63,054 bases of DNA, taken from an uncultured Clostridia bacterium (GTDB lineage: Bacteria; Bacillota; Clostridia; TANB77; CAG-508). The notes beneath the pieces were generated by a model. That model was not told where the DNA came from. It saw only the letters and a list, made by a program, of their open reading frames with translations, and did not search any database. The stretch is from assembly GCA_944386655.1 (NCBI GenBank), contig CALXBX010000055.1, positions 1 to 63,054 of the forward strand, written 5' to 3'. The position numbers and the translations under genes are program-made. This document shows, piece after piece, positions 27,501 to 34,805 of the stretch (positions are counted from its first letter, which is position 1; each line of letters starts with the position of its first letter).

Positions 27501-29859
27501 CTCCCTTTTTGTTGAAAATTTTACTCTTTAGCCAACCTAAAATTTGTATATCTCCTCTTATCCAACGATGCATTCTTGCTTTAAAACTTTGATAACCGGT
27601 TGGGTATCCATCCATGAGCATAATATCAGATACTAAGCCACACCTCAAATAGCTTCCTTCTAACAAGTCATGACTTAGTACTTTGTTTTCTGGGATTTCA
27701 TTTGCTAAAACAGTAGAAAAAGTGGCTAAATCATAAATGCCTTTCCCTGTAAAAATACCTTCGTCAAATAAATCCTGATAAAAGTCGGAAATAGCATTGG
27801 TATAGGAATCGGTTCCTCCACTGCCTGCAAAAATTTGCGTAAATAAATTTTTTCTACTAATTTCTAAATCAATTCCTACTCTTGGTTGCATGATGCCATG
27901 TCCTTGTACAACAACATCTTTTGTCTGATTTAGAATAGGTCTATTTAAAATATGAGACATGGCTCCAACTAGTTCTAACCCTGTTCCAATAGGTAGTTTG
28001 GTATCTGCATCTAGAGTGATAATATAGCGTATTTTCTCTTGCCACTTTTTCCCTTTTTCCTTTTCTTTCTCCATGGAATTATACAAAAACATATCTTTTT
28101 CATGTTCTAATAAATATTCATTTAGTTGGTTTAATAAGCCTCTTTTACGTTCCCATCCTAAATAGCACTCTTCTTTTCCATTCCAAAAACGCTTTCGATA
28201 AATAAACTGGAATTTTCCGATTCCTTCTTGTGGATATTTTTGATTAAGACGTTCTACTTGTAATTTTCCTTCTTCTATCACTTCCTCGTCATAGGCTTCC
28301 CTTTCATTTTGGCTACTGCTACAATCTCCTAACAGTGTAAAGTAGAGATGCTCACTTTTGTTAGCCAAATACATCACTTCTAAATTATGCATTAATTCTT
28401 TTACTTTTTCTCTGCTTTTCATTATAGTTGGAATTACCACCATCGTAGCATTTTCCTGTGTGATGCCATTTTGGAAATCTAGTTTTGGAATTAATTTTGG
28501 TTTTACTTTTTTGCTAGTAACATGATGCACCACTTGGCAAACAATTTCTTGTATTGGTAGAATAGCTAATATGCCAAATAGGATAGTAGCTAAAACAGAA
28601 TGAATTTGTATATAGAAGAGAGTACTAACTAAAATGGTAAGGATAAAAGTACCCAGCCACATACCTCCAATGATGCTATATACTTTTGCTTGAGGAGAGA
28701 AAAATCTTCTTTTCTTTCCTGTATTTAAACTCTCATATAGCTTTGGAGTTCCTTCGTCTATTAAAAAATACCCAATATGTGTTTTTCTTTCTTCTGCTCC
28801 CGCTTCTTTTTCTTTCGTAGCAAGTTCTAACACTTTTTTCGCAATATATAATTCTGAAATTTTAGTTTTTCTTCCTATTTCTTGAATGGTATTTCTATAA
28901 TATTCTTTTGTTTTATAATCCATTTTTTCATATACCTTTGCAGGATCTTTTCTTAAAATTTCTTCTACCCCATTAATTTTTTCAAAAATGGCTAAAAAAT
29001 CTACTCTCGCAAGTTCCTTCATCGTGGTAATACAATTTGCCATACTTACCTTTTTTACTGCTATATCAAAATGCTCTTTTTGAATAACCTCTTCCACACT
29101 CGTTCCCATTTTATTTACTTGCTCTTCTAAAACAGCCATAAAGCCATACGCAGACTTTCCATACTGTTTTAAACGATAAGACATATACTCTATAAAAGGG
29201 TACTTCATTTCTCCATACCCTTTTACCCTTGCCTTATATTCTGTTAAATTTTTATACTTCAGTTCTTCTTTATTTTCTACTAATCTTTCTATGATGTTTT
29301 CTACACGATATTTTTGCATTTGGCTAAAATAAATTTTTTCGCATATTTCCCTTATATTTTGTAAAATAGCAATCTGAATAAAAGTACCAATATTCCAAAT
29401 TTCTTCCATACTTAGTGTTTTTTTACGCTGATATGCTTTTAAATATTCTATTAAATTCTGAGCATCTATTTTATTATCTGTATAAGCTACAATTTGTGCT
29501 GCTAGCACATAAATGCGGGCAAATCCTTGGTAACTTCCTGTGCGAATTCCCGGAAAACTTTTATACTTTTGCAAACTCAAATCTTTGCAAATATTTTTTA
29601 CCGTTTCCTCTATAATATAGAAATTATCCAGTAACCACTCTCCTGCTGGGTGAATAGGTAATCCTAGCTTAATATGTTCATCTAACAAAAAATAAACTTC
29701 TTGAATTAACTCAAAATTTTCTTTTACTTTTGGAATAGGATACGTATTCTTTTTACTACTATCTTGCAACACTTGGTCTGATGCTAGCTTTTCCAAATAA
29801 TTTTCCAGTTGCAGACTCTCCACTCCCACACCTTTTATCGTAAGTTCTTTATATTCCAT
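21544..29859 (-). CDS. Cyclic beta-1,2-glucan synthase-like giant protein (GT84 glycosyltransferase + TM segments + alpha/alpha cyclisation-type domain + C-terminal GH94 phosphorylase domain)
   Basis: 2771 aa. Motifs: IITLDADTKLP (DxD), QPRVG, HRWIRGDIQ (QxxRW-like), NRTSSTNIGLGMLAVISSYDLGY (NdvB/Cgs mid domain), FRDQLQD, GSGDWNDGLS and GGWTWYTGSASWM (GH94). Size and order match Cgs/ChvB/NdvB. Confidence 0.85.
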   Translation of the reverse strand: MEYKELTIKGVGVESLQLENYLEKLASDQVLQDSSKKNTYPIPKVKENFELIQEVYFLLDEHIKLGLPIHPAGEWLLDNFYIIEETVKNICKDLSLQKYKSFPGIRTGSYQGFARIYVLAAQIVAYTDNKIDAQNLIEYLKAYQRKKTLSMEEIWNIGTFIQIAILQNIREICEKIYFSQMQKYRVENIIERLVENKEELKYKNLTEYKARVKGYGEMKYPFIEYMSYRLKQYGKSAYGFMAVLEEQVNKMGTSVEEVIQKEHFDIAVKKVSMANCITTMKELARVDFLAIFEKINGVEEILRKDPAKVYEKMDYKTKEYYRNTIQEIGRKTKISELYIAKKVLELATKEKEAGAEERKTHIGYFLIDEGTPKLYESLNTGKKRRFFSPQAKVYSIIGGMWLGTFILTILVSTLFYIQIHSVLATILFGILAILPIQEIVCQVVHHVTSKKVKPKLIPKLDFQNGITQENATMVVIPTIMKSREKVKELMHNLEVMYLANKSEHLYFTLLGDCSSSQNEREAYDEEVIEEGKLQVERLNQKYPQEGIGKFQFIYRKRFWNGKEECYLGWERKRGLLNQLNEYLLEHEKDMFLYNSMEKEKEKGKKWQEKIRYIITLDADTKLPIGTGLELVGAMSHILNRPILNQTKDVVVQGHGIMQPRVGIDLEISRKNLFTQIFAGSGGTDSYTNAISDFYQDLFDEGIFTGKGIYDLATFSTVLANEIPENKVLSHDLLEGSYLRCGLVSDIMLMDGYPTGYQSFKARMHRWIRGDIQILGWLKSKIFNKKGEEKQNPLNALSKYKIFDNCIRALFPITVLLGLLYTLCFSSGFAWLFFISLLTPTLLDILDKIIYRKENVGSRKSFDSSISMGMASVSRGVLSLGALPDKAYTSANAIVKTCYRLWVSKKHMLEWITSEEAEKLAKTSLVSYYKNMLANIVVSVGVIVYLCITKQEPLSILFFLLAIVWLIAPGILWYMSKTPKAKTQKETLSQEETQYLTELGKETWQFFKTYLTAENHYLPPDNYQEDRSPIVVNRTSSTNIGLGMLAVISSYDLGYESLEDTVELLLHMIATVEEMPKWNGHLYNWYDIHTLQSLTPKYVSTVDSGNFVGYVYIVKTFLADVLEKRKVSEDLLEQIPAWVKGEIGEIPIAKADFSKLYDEEKKLFSIGFHVDNNQLTDSYYDLLASEARQTSFVAIAKKDVSPKHWFALSRTLTSLNGYKGLVSWSGTAFEYLMPNINMKKYKGSLLEESCLFMLMSQKEYSQKLGVPWGFSETAFHVKDFSNNYQYKAIGIPWLGLKRGLEDDIVVASYASLLALPDQPKEVLQNIKRLEQSHMRGKYGLYESIDYTPARLHRGQNYAVVKTYMAHHQALILLSINNLFSDGILQKRFEENPEIEAIDILLQERMPESMIITKEQKEKPTKIKYRDYADYCERIYEKPEMPLKRINAISSNDYLIVMDQKGQGYSKYKDILVNRFKETKDTVQGILFYFKNIRNKRIWTSGFRNDLGKPDKYQILFSEDRDKIVRLDGSIETITEVTISSDSPVEIRRVTLENRGAEEETIEISSVLEPVISQSRQDNAHPAFNNLFLRIEKEDDIFVVKRRKHTKEEQDRYMAVTMQIEGGKGDLEFEVDKEKLNGRGNLGIPEKIESSKPFSKKLDFAVDPILAMRRTITLAKEEKTEIYYVLTVGETRETVIERIKEYQNKAKLEAAFKLSRARVEAENRYLGVSAKQIEEYQNMLSYLLFQNPLKTQSLPKLVEKEEEAFQSKLWKYGISGDLPILLLKIEQVGDSYVLKDILKAYNFYRSKHIAIDLVILNEEENSYENYVREEIQNCIYNENLAYMQNQKGGIWVLENIEEKEVLEARANLIIDSKKGPVARNLKDREEEYTDNKQDVMKDEQVPYLLQEEVQRQSLEAEKLKYDNEFGGFLPSQKEYHIKQNKDKRLPNVWSHMMANEHFGTLVTDSMGGFTWCENSRLNRLSSWANTPVEDIPSEVIYMKDEESKKVCSLGLNPMPDDNDYDAIYGFGYSRFMHTSSTIKQETTIFVPREDKAKIYIIHLQNLAPQKKKIKLVYYIKPVLGEDEEQTKGWIGIEFIKKANTILAKNYGDEIIPGFAYVTSSEEIQSYTGSKSFFIGNGSLQNPEAMHKKGLNEENSLGQEGIIAIEIEVNLEALEQKEISLVFGMEENKIQCLDKAYQYSSIQNCEKALEEVQRYWQETIQKLQVETPLESFNILMNGWMIYQAMVSRLWARSAYQQSGGALGFRDQLQDTLGLKYTMPEKMRNQIIKHSRHQFREGDVEHWWHEETGRGIRTRFSDDLLWLVYLTEEYCKVTGDTSLLEEQTPFLEGAPLEEGEDERYDLYLETEETASIYEHCTRAIRRAMQFGENNLPKIGSGDWNDGLSTVGNKGKGESVWLGFFLYDVLQRWLPLQEKQIEKWKEEEREKQGIREIQRKIELGERKDEQEGENVQVRESKQTRKGELIEREEAYQEEYKKTMEMLKKALNTNAWDGRWFRRAFCDDGEILGTIQNEECKIDGISQSWATISGAGDNDKKYISLESLENHLVDKENGLIRLLDPPFDKSNLEPGYIKAYLPGTRENGGQYTHGAIWAIIAFSMLGFGDKALELFRMINPIEHARTKEMALKYKVEPYVIAADIYSRGNLAGRGGWTWYTGSASWMQVAGIEYILGLKIENEILKIEPCIPRKWREYKIEYRYGNSIYHIKVENPNGKSTAKENMQTNGKVEKFLVNGVEKEDKQIKLSKEGGIYEIQIEL

Positions 29860-30010
29860 TCCAATTCCACTCCTTGCTCCCTATGTTTTACACATATTGT
29901 TTGCAAATTGTGGAAAATTATGCATCCCATACCAAAAATGTCCCAAAAATGTCAGGGATAAGTGTGACATGTCTCATTTATTCCTGACTTAAATGGACAT
30001 TGTGAAAAAT

Positions 30011-30039
30011 TTGACGAATTTAGGAATCTATTGTATAAT
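30011..30039 (+). promoter_or_regulatory. Sigma-A promoter (TTGACG-17-TATAAT) of the DUF4190 gene
   Basis: TTGACG 30011..30016, 17-nt spacer, TATAAT 30034..30039. Confidence 0.6.
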
Positions 30040-30124
30040 AAAATTATGTAATGTATTAATCCATTTTAGGTATGACGTATTCACAAAATACATATATATA
30101 AGATAAAATGAAGGAGGAAATTTT

Positions 30125-30529
30125 ATGGACGAAAAAGATGAAAATATTATAGAAAATCCAGCTGAAGAAGAAAAGAAGGATACTTCCACAAACGAAGCTC
30201 CTATAGAAGCAAAAGTGGAAACTCAAAATGAGCAAACTTCTACTTCAGGACCTGCTGTAGAAGGAGAAATTTTAGAGGAAGACAAACCTGGTTTAAGTAT
30301 TGCTGCCATGATACTTGGTATTGTTTCTTTGGTATTCTGGTGTTACTGGCCAATTTCAATTATTTGTGGTATTCTTGCTCTTATTTTTGGTATTATTCGA
30401 ATGAAGAAACCAAATGGCAAAGGAATGGCAATTGCTGGTTTTGTAACAGGACTAGTCGCTGTAGTTTTCTGGGGAGCAATGTTTGGTCTTGCTTTCTTAG
30501 GTGTGGCTATGTACAGCTTAGTAATTTAA
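30125..30529 (+). CDS. DUF4190-type small membrane protein
   Basis: Acidic N-terminus followed by GLSIAAMILGIVSLVFWCYWPISIICGILALIFGIIRMKKPNGKGMAIAGFVTG, the typical DUF4190 pattern. Confidence 0.7.
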   Translation: MDEKDENIIENPAEEEKKDTSTNEAPIEAKVETQNEQTSTSGPAVEGEILEEDKPGLSIAAMILGIVSLVFWCYWPISIICGILALIFGIIRMKKPNGKGMAIAGFVTGLVAVVFWGAMFGLAFLGVAMYSLVI

Positions 30530-30547
30530 AGGAATGATTTTAGAGCT

Positions 30548-30583
30548 AAAAAAATTGCAAACGTAACAGTTTGCAATTTTTTT
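30548..30583 (+). terminator. Rho-independent terminator
   Basis: A-run, ATTGCAAAC-gtaaca-GTTTGCAAT, then TTTTTT. Confidence 0.8.
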
Positions 30584-30648
30584 GATTAATTTTTCTCCAA
30601 AAGTCATAAATAAAGAAAACCTTCATACTTTATACAAAGGAGTTTTGT

Positions 30649-31362
30649 ATGATTGTTATTAGTAGAAAAAGAATTCTTTTAATTGCTACCATTTTTTGTG
30701 TTTCCGTATTTGCTTTTTCTTTAAGCACTTATTCTTCTCCCAAAACAACAGAGACAGTAGCACTTCCTGTTAGCAATAAAGTAATTGTAATTGATGCAGG
30801 GCATGGGAAGCCGGATGAAGGAGCAGAGTCCAGTAATGGTACTACCGAAGCAGAAACTAACTTAAAAATAGCATTAAAGGTACAAAATTTATTAGAGCAA
30901 AGCGGTGCCACAGTTTTATTAACTAGAAGTGATGAAAATGCCATTTACGATTTAGATAGTAAAACATTAAAGGAGAAAAAAATATCCGATATTCATAACC
31001 GTGTAAAAATAGGCAATGAGTCTAGCGCAGATATTTTTGTTTCTATCCATTTAAATAAAATTCCCCAAGAGCAATATTGGGGATGGCAATGTTTTTATAA
31101 AAATGGGGATGAAAAAAGTATTGCTCTAGCCAAAAGTCTACAAAGTAATTTAAATGAAGCTATTCAAAAAGAGAATAAAAGACAAGTTATGAAACTCGAT
31201 ACCGTTTATTTAATGAAACACGTGGAAATTCCTATTTCCATTGTAGAATGTGGTTTTTTATCTAATGCAGAAGAGGAAAAATTATTACTAACAGACGAAT
31301 ATCAAGATAAATTAGCATGGGGAATTTATAATGGCATTATGGACTATTTTTATGCTTCTTAA
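30649..31362 (+). CDS. cwlD: Germination-specific N-acetylmuramoyl-L-alanine amidase CwlD
   Basis: VIVIDAGHGKPDEGAES..GTTEAETNLKIALKVQNLLEQSGATVLLTR...ADIFVSIHLN...VECGFLSN. Size (237 aa) and N-terminal TM are typical of CwlD. Confidence 0.85.
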   Translation: MIVISRKRILLIATIFCVSVFAFSLSTYSSPKTTETVALPVSNKVIVIDAGHGKPDEGAESSNGTTEAETNLKIALKVQNLLEQSGATVLLTRSDENAIYDLDSKTLKEKKISDIHNRVKIGNESSADIFVSIHLNKIPQEQYWGWQCFYKNGDEKSIALAKSLQSNLNEAIQKENKRQVMKLDTVYLMKHVEIPISIVECGFLSNAEEEKLLLTDEYQDKLAWGIYNGIMDYFYAS

Positions 31363-31423
31363 TATTTTACGTTTCTCGTTTCAACGGTTTTATGGAAATT
31401 TCTTTTACAGTAATGAGCTTTTG

Positions 31424-31804
31424 TTAGATATTTCTTATGACAGTAAATGCTAACAAAATGATAATAAATGCTATCCAAAATTTTTCTTTTGGATAAATCC
31501 ATGTCGCTATTTTTTTCTTTTTCCCTACATTGATTAGATAAACTAGATTGGCGATTAGTAAATATACTCCTGTTAGAAAAAATACAGGATGATAAAAAAA
31601 GGCATCTTTAAAATTGCCATGTACTATTTCTATTACACATCTTGTACCACCACAACTTGGACATAAAATACCAAAATGTTCATACACAAAGCAAGTTGGA
31701 ATAAATTTTATGAGCCACCCTTGCTGAATTCCTATGAAAATAAGTAGAGCTAGAATAATCATTCCTAGCTCTATAAAAATTGCTTTTTTATATTCTTCTT
31801 TCAT
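31424..31804 (-). CDS. DUF2752-family membrane protein
   Basis: The CPSCGGTRC motif after the first TM is typical of DUF2752. Confidence 0.65.
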   Translation of the reverse strand: MKEEYKKAIFIELGMIILALLIFIGIQQGWLIKFIPTCFVYEHFGILCPSCGGTRCVIEIVHGNFKDAFFYHPVFFLTGVYLLIANLVYLINVGKKKKIATWIYPKEKFWIAFIIILLAFTVIRNI

Positions 31805-31809
31805 TCTCT

Positions 31810-32778
31810 CTACCTTTTTTCAGAAACAGAAGAATGGTGGTCTGCTGTTTCTGTTTTTCTTCTATCAATTACATAGGTACTTCCTTGAATAGTTTTTGCC
31901 AAATGTTTTACACTAGCACCTGCTTCTCCTATTTCTAAAGTATTCGCAAATCTTCCTTTTTCTACTTCTACTACTGCAATGGAAATAGAAGTAAGTGGGA
32001 ATTGCTCTATAATTCCTTTTCGATTAGCCACTTCTATGTAACCTCTTTGAGCATCTTGCTCTGTAAAAAATTTTGTTACATTGGTATCAAAATCAGTGAT
32101 AATATTTTGGCATACTTTTTCATAATCGGTTTGAGAAAGTATCGCTACAAAATCGTCTCCTCCAATATGTCCTACAAAACTATCTTCGTATTGCTCTGTA
32201 TGTACATTTTTTAAGATTGTTTTTGCCGTAAATTTTATAATTTCATCACCTTTTAAAAATCCATATACATCATTATATGCCTTAAAATTATCTAAATCGA
32301 TATACATCATGGCGAAAGTTTCTTTACTTAGCCATCTCTTTTTCACTTCTGCTTGTATTTGCACATTCCCTGGTAAACCTGTTAGTGGACTTACTCTACG
32401 ATTGACATACATTAGTTTTATAATATTTTTGATTGTATAGTATAAAAATTCTTGATCTATCGGTGCTACAATATAATGAGATATGCCTAACTTCAACATT
32501 TCTATACGATGTTTATGGTCTTTATTAGAAGAGATAACAAGTATTGGAGTTATAGTATTATCTTCATCTTCTCTTATTCTTTTACAAATTTCTATGGCAT
32601 CCTGATGAATATTATCTTCGTGAATTATAATTAAATTAGGAATATTCTTCAATGCTTGGTCTACTTTGTCGGAGTGTACATTTGTAAAACGATATTCTCT
32701 ATCTGTATGAAATAACTCTTTTAATGCATTTACTAAATTTGTTTGATCATCAATAATATAAATTTCTTGTAATAACAT
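31810..32778 (-). CDS. Receiver-like domain + GGDEF-family domain with GGDDF signature (atypical diguanylate cyclase-like protein)
   Basis: The N-terminal CheY-like fold keeps DD (IIDDQ), but His occupies the expected phospho-Asp position (LIIIHED) and AP replaces the KP motif. C-terminal: DLDNFKAYNDVYGFLKGDE...HIGGDDF (nt 32149..32163). No RxxD I-site upstream. Confidence 0.75.
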   Translation of the reverse strand: MLLQEIYIIDDQTNLVNALKELFHTDREYRFTNVHSDKVDQALKNIPNLIIIHEDNIHQDAIEICKRIREDEDNTITPILVISSNKDHKHRIEMLKLGISHYIVAPIDQEFLYYTIKNIIKLMYVNRRVSPLTGLPGNVQIQAEVKKRWLSKETFAMMYIDLDNFKAYNDVYGFLKGDEIIKFTAKTILKNVHTEQYEDSFVGHIGGDDFVAILSQTDYEKVCQNIITDFDTNVTKFFTEQDAQRGYIEVANRKGIIEQFPLTSISIAVVEVEKGRFANTLEIGEAGASVKHLAKTIQGSTYVIDRRKTETADHHSSVSEKR

Positions 32779-32787
32779 AGTTTCTCC

Positions 32788-33594
32788 TTACTTTTCTTTT
32801 TTCATGGCTTTTTTTAGTGTTTCTAAATCAATTTTCTGATTTAAAAATTTTGTAATACTTTCTGATTTCATACTTGGAAAGGCTAGTTTTAACCTTCTTG
32901 CTTGCCTATATACTTTTAATTTTAATTTTGCCTGTCTAAATTTCAAATTTCTTATCATTTTTTCTATATTTTCTGTTGTTGCTGTATTTTTCTTAGGAGT
33001 TAAATCTTTCATATGTTTTAATTCTTCTAGTTTTTCTTTAATATTGTCTCCTAATTCATTTACTTTTTCCATAGCTGTTTCCATATGGATAACTGCCATA
33101 GCACTAAAAGCAATATCTACAATAAAAATACTATACAAAATAATATTTATATATGTTAATAAATAAGTAGAAACTTGTCCTAATTGTGCCTCTACCCATG
33201 GATGAATATATCGAATAAATAAAACACCTAACACTCCCCAATATAAAGAATTTTTTAAACAAATTCTTCCCTGAAAATTAAATTTTAAATGGGAATAATC
33301 CCAATATTTTGTTTTAAAAACTTTTTCTAAGAAAATACCCACAATGTATTCCCAAAAAGATAACAAAACAAAAGCTGCTAAAAATAATAAAATTATATTG
33401 TCTTTTAAAGGTGTTAGTACAACAATCATTAAAACGGCGCCTAGTCCATAAATGGGACATATGGGGCCATTTAAAAACCCACTATTGACCCATTGTTTTT
33501 CCCAGAAAGTCTTTGATACAGACTCCAACAACCAACCGCAAAAGGAATAAATCATAATATAAGTTAGCATATAAGTAATTATTTCTTTTGTCAT
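32788..33594 (-). CDS. CmpB-like membrane protein (PF06541-type, the so-called putative ABC-transporter type IV family)
   Basis: FCGWLLESVSKTF....NSGFLNGPICPIYGLGAV signature. Multi-TM, with a basic coiled C-terminal tail. Confidence 0.6.
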   Translation of the reverse strand: MTKEIITYMLTYIMIYSFCGWLLESVSKTFWEKQWVNSGFLNGPICPIYGLGAVLMIVVLTPLKDNIILLFLAAFVLLSFWEYIVGIFLEKVFKTKYWDYSHLKFNFQGRICLKNSLYWGVLGVLFIRYIHPWVEAQLGQVSTYLLTYINIILYSIFIVDIAFSAMAVIHMETAMEKVNELGDNIKEKLEELKHMKDLTPKKNTATTENIEKMIRNLKFRQAKLKLKVYRQARRLKLAFPSMKSESITKFLNQKIDLETLKKAMKKEK

Positions 33595-33610
33595 TGTCCC
33601 TCAATCTCCT

Positions 33611-34543
33611 TTATTCTACTGTTACTTCTCCTGTTCCTTCTTGTGTTAGTCCGCTAATATTATATGCTGTTACTGAAATTGTATTCGTTCCTGCATTTAA
33701 CTTTTGTCTAATTTCTACTTCCTTCATATTCAAAGGTGTTCCTGTATTTTCTGGATCAGTAGAATAAAATGCTCCATTTAATGTAAATTCTATTTTTTGT
33801 ATATTTTCCTCATCTGTTACTTTAATAATTAATTCGTCTCCATCCCTTGATAAATTAATTTGTGGCTTTGTTGCTCCTTTGTAAGTTTGCACCTCTGTAG
33901 TTTCGTTTCCAGCAGCGTCCACTGCCACTACTGTTAAGGTATTTTCTCCTTTTAACACAGTTAATCTTTCTTCAATTAAATTTGGAGACTCTGCTCTTGC
34001 ATCTAATCTTGTTTCATCTTCGTTATTCCAATAATATAAGATATAAGCTATTTGCGTTTCATCTTTTGCTGAAATTTTTACTCTTCCATCTTCCAATATT
34101 AATTCAATTTGTGGTGGAGTAGTATCCCCTTCTTCTACAGAATAAGTTCCATCATAACTTACCTCTTTTCCAGCTAAGTCTAAAACAGTTAAATGAATAG
34201 TATTATCTCCTACTTCTAGTGGAATACTCTCTTCTATTTGGGTTCTTCCTCTTCCCTGCAATACTACTTCTTGTTCACCATTTAAACTGTATACAATTCT
34301 ATCTATTGCTTTATCATGCTGCACGGTTACTTTTAAACTATTTCCTTCTTGTGCCATTTGTACAACAGGTACACTCGCTTGTTGCTTTTCACTTTCTTCT
34401 CCTGCAAACATAGCCCATGAGCCTTGACCTACTAAAATAACGCCAAAAAGGATGATAATAACAGCAAAAATTCTAGTTATTGTTTTTATATTAAGTGGCT
34501 CTTTTGATTTTTTCCCACTACTGGTTGACAATATTTGGTTCAC
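33611..34543 (-). CDS. Membrane-anchored protein with three Ig-like repeats
   Basis: GTG start with GAGGTG SD. N-terminal TM, then three ~80-aa beta-rich repeats (each ending ...GxNTIxxTAxDxAGN-like). Confidence 0.6.
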   Translation of the reverse strand: MNQILSTSSGKKSKEPLNIKTITRIFAVIIILFGVILVGQGSWAMFAGEESEKQQASVPVVQMAQEGNSLKVTVQHDKAIDRIVYSLNGEQEVVLQGRGRTQIEESIPLEVGDNTIHLTVLDLAGKEVSYDGTYSVEEGDTTPPQIELILEDGRVKISAKDETQIAYILYYWNNEDETRLDARAESPNLIEERLTVLKGENTLTVVAVDAAGNETTEVQTYKGATKPQINLSRDGDELIIKVTDEENIQKIEFTLNGAFYSTDPENTGTPLNMKEVEIRQKLNAGTNTISVTAYNISGLTQEGTGEVTVE

Positions 34544-34727
34544 TTATTTTCACCTCTATGTTTTTCTTTTTCCTGCTCTGTATAAAACTGAATTTATTAT
34601 ACCATAACCATTTTTCAATGTAAACACAAAAATTGGTAAAATTTTCTTAAGATATTACTTACACACCCATAAGAATTTCCTATAATAAAAAACTTTCAAC
34701 TTTTTCATCCGAAACTTTATAGCTTGT

Positions 34728-34754
34728 GAACTTTAAGGAACGTCCCTAATGTTC
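34728..34754. repeat. Palindromic intergenic element GAACTTTAAGGAACGTCCCTAATGTTC
   Basis: First of two tandem copies 3' of the adhesin gene. Confidence 0.8.
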
Positions 34755-34764
34755 ATGAAAAAAA

Positions 34765-34795
34765 TTGCAATTTAAGGAACGTCCCTAAATTGCAA
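34765..34795. repeat. Palindromic element variant TTGCAATTTAAGGAACGTCCCTAAATTGCAA, probably also the adhesin terminator
   Basis: Same TTAAGGAACGTCCCTAA core, but both outer arms are changed in a compensatory way (TTGCAATT/AATTGCAA). Flanked by A7 and T7 runs, so it has rho-independent terminator shape on both strands. Lies 10 nt 3' of the stop at 34806. Confidence 0.75.
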
Positions 34796-34805
34796 TTTTT
34801 TTATA

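Noticed and set aside
29999-30018. ATTGTGAAAAATTTGACGAA, overlapping the -35 of the DUF4190 promoter, resembles a Rex box (TTGTGAA-N4-TTCACAA).
   Set aside because: The second half-site has at least two mismatches (TTGACGA). No similar site is present at the redox-relevant por promoter. It is too weak.
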